A stretch of DNA of 53,966 nucleotides from IMG/VR virus record IMGVR_UViG_3300043639_000022, positions 1 to 53,966 of that record; one strand, 5' to 3'. A model generated the notes under the pieces. The model was not told where the DNA came from and ran no database searches. It was given only the letters and a program-made list of their open reading frames with translations. The DNA is from a virus. Shown piece after piece: positions 26,041 to 33,223 of this stretch. The translations under genes were made by a program, and so were the position numbers. The number at the start of each line of letters is the position of its first letter. Position 1 is the first letter of the stretch.

Positions 26041-26507
26041 CAGACCGAAACCCCTCGCTCGTTTCGCTGTTGCACGTAGGAATCACGCCGCGCTCGGTAC
26101 TCCGCTCTCAGCCAGGGATGCACGTCTGCGTGACATTCAAAGCAAAGCGTGACCATGTTTCGCTTCGAGTTGATCCCGCCGTTCCTAAGCCAGATCAGGT
26201 GATGACGCGCGGGTGTGTTTGTGATTTGTCGACACGCAAAGCAATGTTTGTGACTCGACAGCTTATGGCGGTCGGCTTTAATCGCATTGAAGGCTTCGCG
26301 CCTTTCAGCCGGACTCTTGCCGTGATACCTCAGAACAACTCGGCCCAACCTCTTCATGGCCTCCAGTGTTGCTGATTTGCTCTTCGGTGAAACGAAGGTC
26401 TTCTTTCCGTCCAGTCCGAACTCTTTCCAGAAGTCCGCAATAAACGCTTTATGAACATCAAGCGGACGCTCGGTGAAGACCACGTTTCCATTAGTTTCTT
26501 GAGTCAT
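26040..26507 (-). CDS. HNH endonuclease
   Basis: CFACRQITNTPARHHLIWLRNGG...NMVTLCFECHADVH. Confidence 0.8.
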   Translation of the reverse strand: MTQETNGNVVFTERPLDVHKAFIADFWKEFGLDGKKTFVSPKSKSATLEAMKRLGRVVLRYHGKSPAERREAFNAIKADRHKLSSHKHCFACRQITNTPARHHLIWLRNGGINSKRNMVTLCFECHADVHPWLRAEYRARRDSYVQQRNERGVSV

Positions 26508-26891
26508 AGATACACTCCAACCTTTACCCCGTGATCTTAGCTTTACGGTGCTCAGGCATTTGTATTAACCAAGTCGAGTGTTGCGCTGTTTCAGGTTCGA
26601 GACCGAGGCTTAGTCTTCAGCTTTCGCTGGATCACGTCTGCCGGGTCGTACAGGTTGGCCGTCGTTGCCCGGATTCGCCTTCAGTCCGCTACGTCCCTCG
26701 TAGCATTTCAAACCACTCACCGCCGATGATGCGCGTTCCTGTGATTTTCTAGGTGCTCACAGGCTGTCAAGAACCTTGTGCCAGATGAAGAAAGCGAGTA
26801 AACTGCGCTTACCACAACACCTGACCGCCTTTCGCTTGGTTGGCGGTTCTTCTTGAGAGCGATTCTTACCGGAGTCGCTCTCTTGCTGTCT

Positions 26892-27000
26892 AAAAACAAA
26901 AAAGCGATTTAGATAAGTCGCGCTCGCGTTTTGGCCCCTCCGACTGTCTCCCAAACCAAAGACAACAGAAGTTGCGAATACGCGACTTATCTAAATCGCT
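26892..27000 (-). terminator. Very long hairpin (20-bp perfect stem, 58-nt internal region) followed by U5GU5
   Basis: AGCGATTTAGATAAGTCGCG (26903-26922) is the exact reverse complement of 26981-27000. In the minus RNA the stem is followed by TTTTTGTTTTT (26902-26892). Confidence 0.5.
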
Positions 27001-27086
27001 CGGTTTGGCATATGCGCTAGGGCCAACTAGCGTTCTCAAAGAACCACTAACCTCTAACATGATTTGAAAACTTAAGTTTTTGATCA

Positions 27087-27275
27087 TCACGCCGCTGTTC
27101 CTTGTGGCTTGACGACCTCAGTTAGTGAAGGCTGATCGACTTTCTTCATCGCCTTCTTTCGTGGTGTTGCGGTCTTACTTCGTAGATAGTCAGCCAGGGT
27201 CAAGATTTCTTCTGAACTGAGTTGATCGACAGCGAGTAACGCTGCTGCCAGTGGTGTCGGTTTTCTTTTAGCCAT
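27087..27275 (-). CDS. Hypothetical basic protein
   Basis: 62-aa ORF. Confidence 0.4.
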   Translation of the reverse strand: MAKRKPTPLAAALLAVDQLSSEEILTLADYLRSKTATPRKKAMKKVDQPSLTEVVKPQGTAA

Positions 27276-27584
27276 GATTTACCTTTCAAGTTTTGACGAA
27301 CGGGAGCGTTGAAGTTTCGAGCTTGGCTGCTCCCGTCCGCTCTGGCCCACTTTCCCCAAAGGAACCAAGAGATTTAGCGGGCAAGTCAGGAGACTCGCGA
27401 TCTCACTTACCCGCTGTGTTGAATAGACTGAGCTTCTGTCCTCTCGTTCCTCTACACAGAGTGCAGTTGCCTCGTCTACTCAATTTCAAATAACTAGAGA
27501 GCGGTTCTGGGTGTCTCACGCCTTTGGACGCTCTCTGTTTCTGGCTAACAACACTCAGATCCCCATCCTCGTGGCTAGCCAAAA
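27276..27584 (-). other. 309-bp structured non-coding spacer downstream of ssb
   Basis: Three long hairpins: ACGGGAGC/GCTCCCGT (8 bp), AGCGGGCAAGT/ACTTACCCGCT (11 bp, 1 mismatch), AGAGAGCG/CGCTCTCT (8 bp). Confidence 0.5.
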
Positions 27585-27974
27585 CTAAAACGGAACATCT
27601 TCGTCCGGTACTTGCTGCCCGCCAGTGCCAGGACTTTCCTTTTGATCCTTGCTACCGATGAACTGCATATCGGTTGCTGTGACTTCTAACGAGTGACGAT
27701 CCTTGCCGTCTTTGTCGGTAAACGTCTCGACTCGTAGCCGGCCTTCGATGTAGACAGTTTTCCCCTTAACGAGATACTGACTTGCTGTCTCTGCTTGACG
27801 ATGCCAGAGCGTCACCTTGAACCAGGTGGTCTGTTCCTGCATCTCGCCGCTCTTGTCCTTACGGCGTTCGCTGGTAGCCATTGAAAAGGAACAGACCGGA
27901 GTGCCTTGCGGCGTATATCTCAACTCAGGATCGCGTCCAAGATTCCCTACGATGATGATCTTGTTGAAACTCAT
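27585..27974 (-). CDS. ssb: Single-stranded DNA-binding protein
   Basis: MSFNKIIIVGNLGRDPELRYTPQG...WFKVTLW...VYIEGRL... with acidic tail DEDVPF. Start at 27974, next to the upstream stop. Confidence 0.9.
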   Translation of the reverse strand: MSFNKIIIVGNLGRDPELRYTPQGTPVCSFSMATSERRKDKSGEMQEQTTWFKVTLWHRQAETASQYLVKGKTVYIEGRLRVETFTDKDGKDRHSLEVTATDMQFIGSKDQKESPGTGGQQVPDEDVPF

Positions 27975-27975
27975 A

Positions 27976-28437
27976 TCAACCTCTCTCCACCGACATGTAC
28001 GGAGTCTTTGCGACCGTCTTAACGACCTCACTGATAACCTGTCGCGCCGTCTCCGTCCGTTCATTCGCTGAGACGCTGTTCAGAAACGTCTTCAGCGTTC
28101 TTGCTTTGGGCTTATAGGTGGTTCCGAACAGTTCATTGAACTTCTCGTCGCTCAATAGCTCCTTAACCATTTCAATCTCAGACTGATCGATAATCGCCAG
28201 CTCAGTCTTGAATTCAACCTTGACCTTCTGCGATTCATCGGCTGTCTCCAGGTGAACCGTGTTCTGTCCGTTCCGTGCCATTTCAGCCCGTTCTAACAAA
28301 GCAGCGTGATAGTCTGCTCGTTCTTTCGCTGCTTCTTTAACCTTCTTATCGAGTCTGACGTACTCCCGAATCATCTGGTCGACAGATAGACCGGAAACGC
28401 CAACGCCAATCTCTTCAAACATTTCTGCTACGCCCAT
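27976..28437 (-). CDS. Hypothetical protein in the recombination module
   Basis: Start MGVAEMFEE preceded by GGAGG. Coiled-coil N-terminal part. Confidence 0.45.
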   Translation of the reverse strand: MGVAEMFEEIGVGVSGLSVDQMIREYVRLDKKVKEAAKERADYHAALLERAEMARNGQNTVHLETADESQKVKVEFKTELAIIDQSEIEMVKELLSDEKFNELFGTTYKPKARTLKTFLNSVSANERTETARQVISEVVKTVAKTPYMSVERG

Positions 28438-28448
28438 AACGCCTCCAA

Positions 28449-29309
28449 TCAAAAAGGAATGATTTCGTCTTCGACCGTGATCAACTGGTCGAGTGTTAGT
28501 TCGTCCAGCGACTTCTCGATCTTCAAGCGGCCCGTTACTTCCTCGAGCGCTTTCGGATCTAGCTTCTTCAGTTTGGCTAGCTTCACTTGACGTTCCTGTT
28601 CAGTCCGCTCGTCTGGTGTTGCATTCTTCGCGCCCGCTTGCGCTTTCAGGGTGTCGAGTTTGTTGCTCAACTTCTTGAGAAGTTCGCGCATCGGTTCAAG
28701 TTCGAGAAGATCCGCTTTCTTGCCGTACTCCTGCATCGCAAACTCGTTCAGCCGTTTCTCGCCCCACGCTGGTTTGTCACCTACTCCGTTGAGCATCTTG
28801 CACGTACCGACGAGGGCTTGCTTGAGTGCGGTTATCTCCGCTTCGTCTGGTGTTGGTTCTGCCGCCGCTGCCTTAGCTCTCGGCTTATTGACCGTCTGTG
28901 ACCCGTTTGAGTGAGACGCGGCGTTACCGTCGTCGTCTTCACTCGCCACACCAGCAAACGACGCTAATGCGTAGCGACGTAGATAGGTGATGCACGATCC
29001 GATTCCCTGCGGGTCTGTCTTAACCGGTATCGCGCTCAGTTCTTCAGATACCCACTCACCCGACGAATGGCATAGCAAAGTCTCAAGACCGATAATCGTC
29101 GCGTCTTCGGTGATGGTGGTTTTAGGTGTTTGGATGACTGCAAGTCCGTTCTCAGCGAACGGCCCCTGGCAAGCCTCACGAACCGCTGCAAGGTCTGCAT
29201 ACTTCGACTTAAAGAACGGGTTCTCTGAATCTTTTTTGGCGTTTTGAATCTTCCCTTGTGCGGTAGCGAGAGCCTTTGCCAGTTCGCCTATCGTTTCGGA
29301 TTTCAACAT
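28449..29309 (-). CDS. erf: ERF-family single-strand annealing recombinase
   Basis: KDSENPFFKSKYADLAAV...GLAVIQ...CHSSGEW...GIGSCITYLRRYALASFAGVASEDDDGN. Confidence 0.8.
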   Translation of the reverse strand: MLKSETIGELAKALATAQGKIQNAKKDSENPFFKSKYADLAAVREACQGPFAENGLAVIQTPKTTITEDATIIGLETLLCHSSGEWVSEELSAIPVKTDPQGIGSCITYLRRYALASFAGVASEDDDGNAASHSNGSQTVNKPRAKAAAAEPTPDEAEITALKQALVGTCKMLNGVGDKPAWGEKRLNEFAMQEYGKKADLLELEPMRELLKKLSNKLDTLKAQAGAKNATPDERTEQERQVKLAKLKKLDPKALEEVTGRLKIEKSLDELTLDQLITVEDEIIPF

Positions 29310-29384
29310 CGTTCTTCTCCCTGTTTAAGACCTCGCGTGGTTGTAGCTCGGTCTGTGTTTAGGTTTCGTATCTGAACCCCTTGT

Positions 29385-29474
29385 TCACTTAATCCCTAGA
29401 AGTACAGTGGCCCACGCTCCCAACATCACCAGCGCAGCCAGTAGAGTTGCTAACTCGTACAATGCTCGTTTCAT
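29385..29474 (-). CDS. Small membrane peptide (29 aa)
   Basis: Manual translation MKRALYELATLLAALVMLGAWATVLLGIK. Confidence 0.3.
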   Translation of the reverse strand: MKRALYELATLLAALVMLGAWATVLLGIK

Positions 29475-29750
29475 TTACCAAGCCTTCCTCAGACTCCCCA
29501 TTACTGAAGTCCGTATCTGAGACAGGTGAAACGTGAATCCGCGTCGATGCTCTCCCGATCCATCAATGGCCGATTGCGTCAGCCGTGGTTTAGTCGTCGC
29601 CTCGCGCAGACTGTCCTGCACTGCCGTATAAGAGCCTTCACAGACCTCAACGCCATCCACGTAGCCAACCCACGTCCACGCCTTGCCAGTGAATCGCTGT
29701 CTGATTTCTGTCTTTGGTCTAATGTCGATGAAATAAGTTTTCTCTCTCAT
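29475..29750 (-). CDS. Hypothetical protein
   Basis: 91-aa ORF. Confidence 0.4.
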   Translation of the reverse strand: MREKTYFIDIRPKTEIRQRFTGKAWTWVGYVDGVEVCEGSYTAVQDSLREATTKPRLTQSAIDGSGEHRRGFTFHLSQIRTSVMGSLRKAW

Positions 29751-29887
29751 GTGATTAGCTCCGTGTACGTTAGCGTTCGGTCACATTGGCTATTGCCCGT
29801 ATGGGCCATTCGTGGTAAATACTTTTTCCAGTTCTCGTAACTGCTTTAGCGCAAGGCCGATGGCACTCCCACTCACACCGGCCCCGT

Positions 29888-30151
29888 TCACCGCACCGTT
29901 CCTCGTACAGCACGGCGAAGTTGAGACTCAGACAAGTTCTCTCGAAACAGGAGATCCCATTGCAGGTTTACGGCGTCGCAAACCTTACGGAGCTTCGGCA
30001 ACGTGCTCATCCGGCCATCACACGCCCGCTCCACAGAGACTCGGCATGTACCCGAAGCGTCAACGATCTGCTTGATGTCAAAACCCTGTTCATCGAGGAA
30101 GGCAACTCGCTGTTTGACCAATTCGTGATTGTATAAAAAGGTAGATTGCAT
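29888..30151 (-). CDS. Cro-like HTH regulator, first gene of the early-left operon
   Basis: 87 aa with HTH-like IKQIVDASGTCRVSVERACDGR. Divergent from a plus-strand HTH repressor. Confidence 0.55.
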   Translation of the reverse strand: MQSTFLYNHELVKQRVAFLDEQGFDIKQIVDASGTCRVSVERACDGRMSTLPKLRKVCDAVNLQWDLLFRENLSESQLRRAVRGTVR

Positions 30152-30266
30152 GATAAATCAGGTGTCCCGCACAGTCTTATACGCCTCTTCCCAGCGCGAT
30201 GCAAGTACTATTTTGAAATCTTTTAAAAGTTTATCAGGTGGAGAGTCTGTTACCGTGTCCGATTCG
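30152..30266. promoter_or_regulatory. Divergent control region with two ATCAGGTG operator-like sites
   Basis: ATCAGGTG at 30157-30164 and 30233-30240. Confidence 0.5.
30176..30204 (-). promoter_or_regulatory. Early-left promoter candidate TTGCAT-17-TATAAG
   Basis: Minus strand TTGCAT (30204-30199), 17-nt spacer, TATAAG (30181-30176). Operator-like CACCTGAT sits between the -10 and the ATG. Confidence 0.45.
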
Positions 30267-30647
30267 ATGGCAACCGAATCGCTTCAGGACTACGTGAACC
30301 GGATCATGCTGGAGAACCCCGAATTGTCGGAGGTGAAAGTCTCCAAGCGGGCCGCGCACATGAGGAAAAAGATTAGCGCAGGATACGTCAGCAATATCCG
30401 TTCTGGTTCGGCTACCAACATCTCCATTGAACGCTTGAAGGCTCTCGCCGCAGGGCTTGGCCGTCCCGCTGAAGAGGTTTTAGCGGTGGCGTTTGGTAAG
30501 GCTCTCACTGAAGACAACAAGTTTCAGGAGAGCTTGTTCGCTTCGTTATGGAACGAGTTCCAGCATCTCTCGCCAGGTGATCAGAAGGAGATGCGGCCAA
30601 TGATTGAGATGGTGCGAAATGAGATTCAGCGTCGGCTGAAAACCTAA
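30267..30647 (+). CDS. XRE/CI-type HTH repressor lacking a peptidase domain
   Basis: KISAGYVSNIRSGSATNISIERLKALAAGLGRPAEEVL. Start ATG 30267, or GTG 30255 with GGAGAG upstream. The track N-terminus overlaps the Cro-like gene. Confidence 0.6.
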   Translation: MATESLQDYVNRIMLENPELSEVKVSKRAAHMRKKISAGYVSNIRSGSATNISIERLKALAAGLGRPAEEVLAVAFGKALTEDNKFQESLFASLWNEFQHLSPGDQKEMRPMIEMVRNEIQRRLKT

Positions 30648-30850
30648 GCCGCCCGCCGCTCAAAGTAGTTTGAAAAACTCGCCTCAAATTCCGGCGTAAA
30701 CGTGAATAGATAACGCTTCACTTCTAAGGCCACGGTATTATCAGGGTCCGTAATTCCGTTTAACAGTTCAAGCAATTCAGGAGCATGGGCACCATCGTCG
30801 TCAACGATGATCCTTTCAATCAGTTCTCTCGCGTGAGCACTGGTGAGCAT
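30644..30850 (-). CDS. Small acidic hypothetical protein
   Basis: 68-aa ORF downstream of the TPR regulator. Confidence 0.4.
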   Translation of the reverse strand: MLTSAHARELIERIIVDDDGAHAPELLELLNGITDPDNTVALEVKRYLFTFTPEFEASFSNYFERRAA

Positions 30851-31014
30851 TCTAAGTACCGTCCCTTTCAGATCCTCCCTTTGGGTAAGGGAAAATCCTT
30901 ATTCGTAACTAGGGCGAGTTCCGAGGATTCACAGGCACTATACACGACACATTTTCGGAACAACAAGCGAAAAATTGGAGAGGCTTCAGGCAGTCTAAGT
31001 GCAGGATTCAGAAA

Positions 31015-32091
31015 CTACTTGGAGGAATTGCACATAATGCTTCTTGGTCTTTTGTCTTTCCAGCGAACTTTATTTTTCTCGAGGACGCTGATCAGTGTGG
31101 GATGGGTGATTCCGAGCTTGAGCGCAGCAGCCCGATACGAGTCGTGACAGATCATTAAGGCTAATTGACAGACTTCCAGTTCTCTCACTCTCACGTACTC
31201 TTCAGCGGTCCGCTTGCGAGCTGTGGCGACCTTAAACCTCAATTCATTGTCGTCCAGGTTATCAGCAACCTCCCGCGCCCGATCAAAGAGCTTTAATGAT
31301 TCCGTGTAGCGCGCCTGATCGTGCTGTCCTTGCCCTGCTAGTGACTCAGCGAGCGTACAGAGGGATTCGACAATGAACCGCTGGCAGTCTTTCCCTTCGA
31401 CCAGGTTCAACGCCTCACGCGCCCATGTTTCAGCTTCTTCAAAGCGTCTTTCAGCATTGAGGATTTGAGCCTTATGATCCTTGAACTGCGAGAGAAACGG
31501 ATCTCCCTTTGGGGTTATTGCCAGACAGCGATCGACATCGGCGTGAGCGCGTTCAAAGTCCTCAAACTCTGCGTCTATTGCGGCCCGGTTGTTAAGCGTG
31601 TGCGCGATGCCGCGAACGTCTTTGATTTCCTCGAAGAAGTGGAGTGCACCGGAATACTCAATCCGCGCTTCATCGAGGTGATTTAAGTCTCGATAACGTC
31701 GCGCAAATTGCGTGTGAATCCGGCCAAGTAGATACGCCGGCAGACCTTCGAGGTTGATCTTCTTGAGCGTCTCGAGCGAGCGGGAAGGCGTTTCTCGTTC
31801 CAGAACGGCTAGAACCATAATGGCGTGAGCGAGATTCTCTTGTGACAGTCCACCACGCTTGATGAGTGCGCGAATCAGAATCCTGCCTTCTGCCAGTTGA
31901 CCGAGATAGTCATAAGCCCGCGCTTCGTAGATCGCGGCCTTGTCAGACCGGCTACCGCTCAACGTGCGCTTCGCCATCCCTAACAGGTCTTTGGCCTTTT
32001 CCGGTTCAGAACTGAGTAATTCATAGGCTCTCATTAAAGCGATTTCAGCTTGGTAGACGGAGGGGAACTTGTTGGTAATTATCTTTTCCAT
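31015..32091 (-). CDS. TPR-repeat protein with C-terminal Fis-type HTH
   Basis: Repeated A..Y/L...G helical pairs through about 300 aa, then CQLALMICHDSYRAAALKLGITHPTLISVLEKNKV. Confidence 0.6.
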   Translation of the reverse strand: MEKIITNKFPSVYQAEIALMRAYELLSSEPEKAKDLLGMAKRTLSGSRSDKAAIYEARAYDYLGQLAEGRILIRALIKRGGLSQENLAHAIMVLAVLERETPSRSLETLKKINLEGLPAYLLGRIHTQFARRYRDLNHLDEARIEYSGALHFFEEIKDVRGIAHTLNNRAAIDAEFEDFERAHADVDRCLAITPKGDPFLSQFKDHKAQILNAERRFEEAETWAREALNLVEGKDCQRFIVESLCTLAESLAGQGQHDQARYTESLKLFDRAREVADNLDDNELRFKVATARKRTAEEYVRVRELEVCQLALMICHDSYRAAALKLGITHPTLISVLEKNKVRWKDKRPRSIMCNSSK

Positions 32092-32140
32092 TTAGACTAC
32101 AATCCTTTGTTATGAGTGAGTTGCAAAGGAGTACCTCCCG

Positions 32141-32344
32141 ATGAAACGATTAGCTTTAATCCTTGTGTTGCTTTCCCTGATCTCTATCCCCGTGCTTGCC
32201 GGTGAGACCGAAGGACCACCGTCGCCGCCGCAACCACCGCCCTGCCGTGAAGACTGCGGTAACGGCTTAGTGAGCATCCCGCCCGGATCAAACTTTGGGC
32301 AGATCGTCGCCGCTATCGTGCTCGCCATTCTTGGCAGACGGTAG
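32141..32344 (+). CDS. Small exported Pro-rich peptide with C-terminal PEP-CTERM-like anchor
   Basis: MKRLALILVLLSLISIPVLA / GETEGPPSPPQPPPCREDCGNGLVSIPPGSNFGQIVAAIVLAILGRR. AGGAG lies 9 nt before the ATG. Confidence 0.55.
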   Translation: MKRLALILVLLSLISIPVLAGETEGPPSPPQPPPCREDCGNGLVSIPPGSNFGQIVAAIVLAILGRR

Positions 32345-32542
32345 GCGCGTACTCAGATACAAATCCTCAATCCGACATCCCAGCTTGAGGGCATACGTCT
32401 CCAGTGCCCCGAGCCTGGGTATCGGCGTGCCTGCCCATAATCTGCCGCCTACGGAGTGAGGTACGTGAAGGAATCGCTCCAACTCCGCCGCCGAATTTAT
32501 ACCCTGCCGCTTTGCCACTTGTCTAATTCGTAACTTAATCAT
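32288..32542 (-). CDS. Small XRE-type HTH regulator
   Basis: Start MIKLRIRQVAKRQGINSAAELERFLHV at 32542. The 3' end overlaps the convergent peptide gene by 57 nt. Confidence 0.55.
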   Translation of the reverse strand: MIKLRIRQVAKRQGINSAAELERFLHVPHSVGGRLWAGTPIPRLGALETYALKLGCRIEDLYLSTRLPSAKNGEHDSGDDLPKV

Positions 32543-32553
32543 TGCCGCAGTAT

Positions 32554-32569
32554 AGCCCAAAAGTGGGCG
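32554..32569. repeat. 16-bp operator-like repeat AGCCCAAAAGTGGGCG, copy 1
   Basis: Identical to 32665-32680. Internal dyad GCCCA-N4-TGGGC. Abuts a TATACT -10 on the minus strand. Confidence 0.7.
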
Positions 32570-32657
32570 CACGTTGCAAGAAATATATTTTAATCTCTTA
32601 ACTCTATCAGGTGTAAAGACTTACAGGATTCAGCAGGTATTTCACCTGAAATAGTTG

Positions 32658-32686
32658 TAGACAAAGCCCAAAAGTGGGCGTATAAA
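32658..32686 (+). promoter_or_regulatory. Early-right promoter candidate TAGACA-17-TATAAA
   Basis: tagaca (32658-32663), 17-nt spacer, tataaa (32681-32686). GGAGAAGGAGA RBS, then ATG at 32715. Confidence 0.5.
32665..32680. repeat. 16-bp operator-like repeat AGCCCAAAAGTGGGCG, copy 2
   Basis: Occupies 16 of the 17 spacer positions of the TAGACA-17-TATAAA promoter. Confidence 0.7.
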
Positions 32687-32714
32687 TATTCGTGTCAGGA
32701 GAAGGAGACACGCC

Positions 32715-32993
32715 ATGACAATCACCTACGCAATCGAAACTGAACCAGTCAAGACGGATCCAGAAATGATCAAGGTATATCCAGATTGTGAAGCCTGTCG
32801 CGGAACAGGGCAGCGATACAACGAAGACGAGGGTGCGGATTATCCCTGCCGCAAGTGCGACGGTGAAGGGTGGATCGCGGTTGAGGTTTGCGAAGCGTGT
32901 TTACAGGACGAGACCGGTTGCAAGTGTCTCGATGAAGCAGACGATGGCTTGAGTGAAATGGAACGACTCGGAGAAGGAAGGTACTTCGGATGA
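32715..32993 (+). CDS. DnaJ-type Cys-rich zinc-finger protein
   Basis: CEACRGTGQ and CRKCDGEGW (CxxCxGxG repeats). Confidence 0.5.
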   Translation: MTITYAIETEPVKTDPEMIKVYPDCEACRGTGQRYNEDEGADYPCRKCDGEGWIAVEVCEACLQDETGCKCLDEADDGLSEMERLGEGRYFG

Positions 32994-33223
32994 GCAGCGA
33001 AACCACATATTGCCGATTCCACGAGTTCGGTTGCGACAACAAAATCCCTGCCGAGCTAGAAGGCGAACTTTGCCAGAGTTGTGATGCTGATTACCGAGCT
33101 GTCGCCGCTTCTTATGAACGCCAGTATTGCGCTGAGAAGCGGTACACCGCAGATGAAGTGCGCGATGCCTACTCGGACCGGAGCGAGATAAGCAAGGCTC
33201 ACGCCTTACTGGAGAGACTATGA
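32990..33223 (+). CDS. Small Cys-containing hypothetical protein
   Basis: 77-aa ORF with overlapping junctions. Confidence 0.4.
   Translation: MSSETTYCRFHEFGCDNKIPAELEGELCQSCDADYRAVAASYERQYCAEKRYTADEVRDAYSDRSEISKAHALLERL

Noticed and set aside
26717-27090. Minus ORFs 26717-26899, 26757-26954 and 26890-27090, and plus ORF 26531-26752
   Set aside because: They run through the 20-bp inverted repeat and other hairpins, overlap one another, and have junk-like composition. The region is treated as non-coding.
31002-31011. 10-mer CAGGATTCAG shared with 32624-32633 (similar AGGATTC at 30923 and 45291)
   Set aside because: In 54 kb, well over a thousand matching 10-mer pairs are expected by chance, and a 7-mer several times. 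It is not significant on its own despite lying in regulatory gaps.
32110-32328. 72-aa minus ORF opposite the small exported peptide gene
   Set aside because: Gly/Ser/Pro-rich shadow of the Pro-rich plus-strand ORF, which has a proper RBS and signal peptide.
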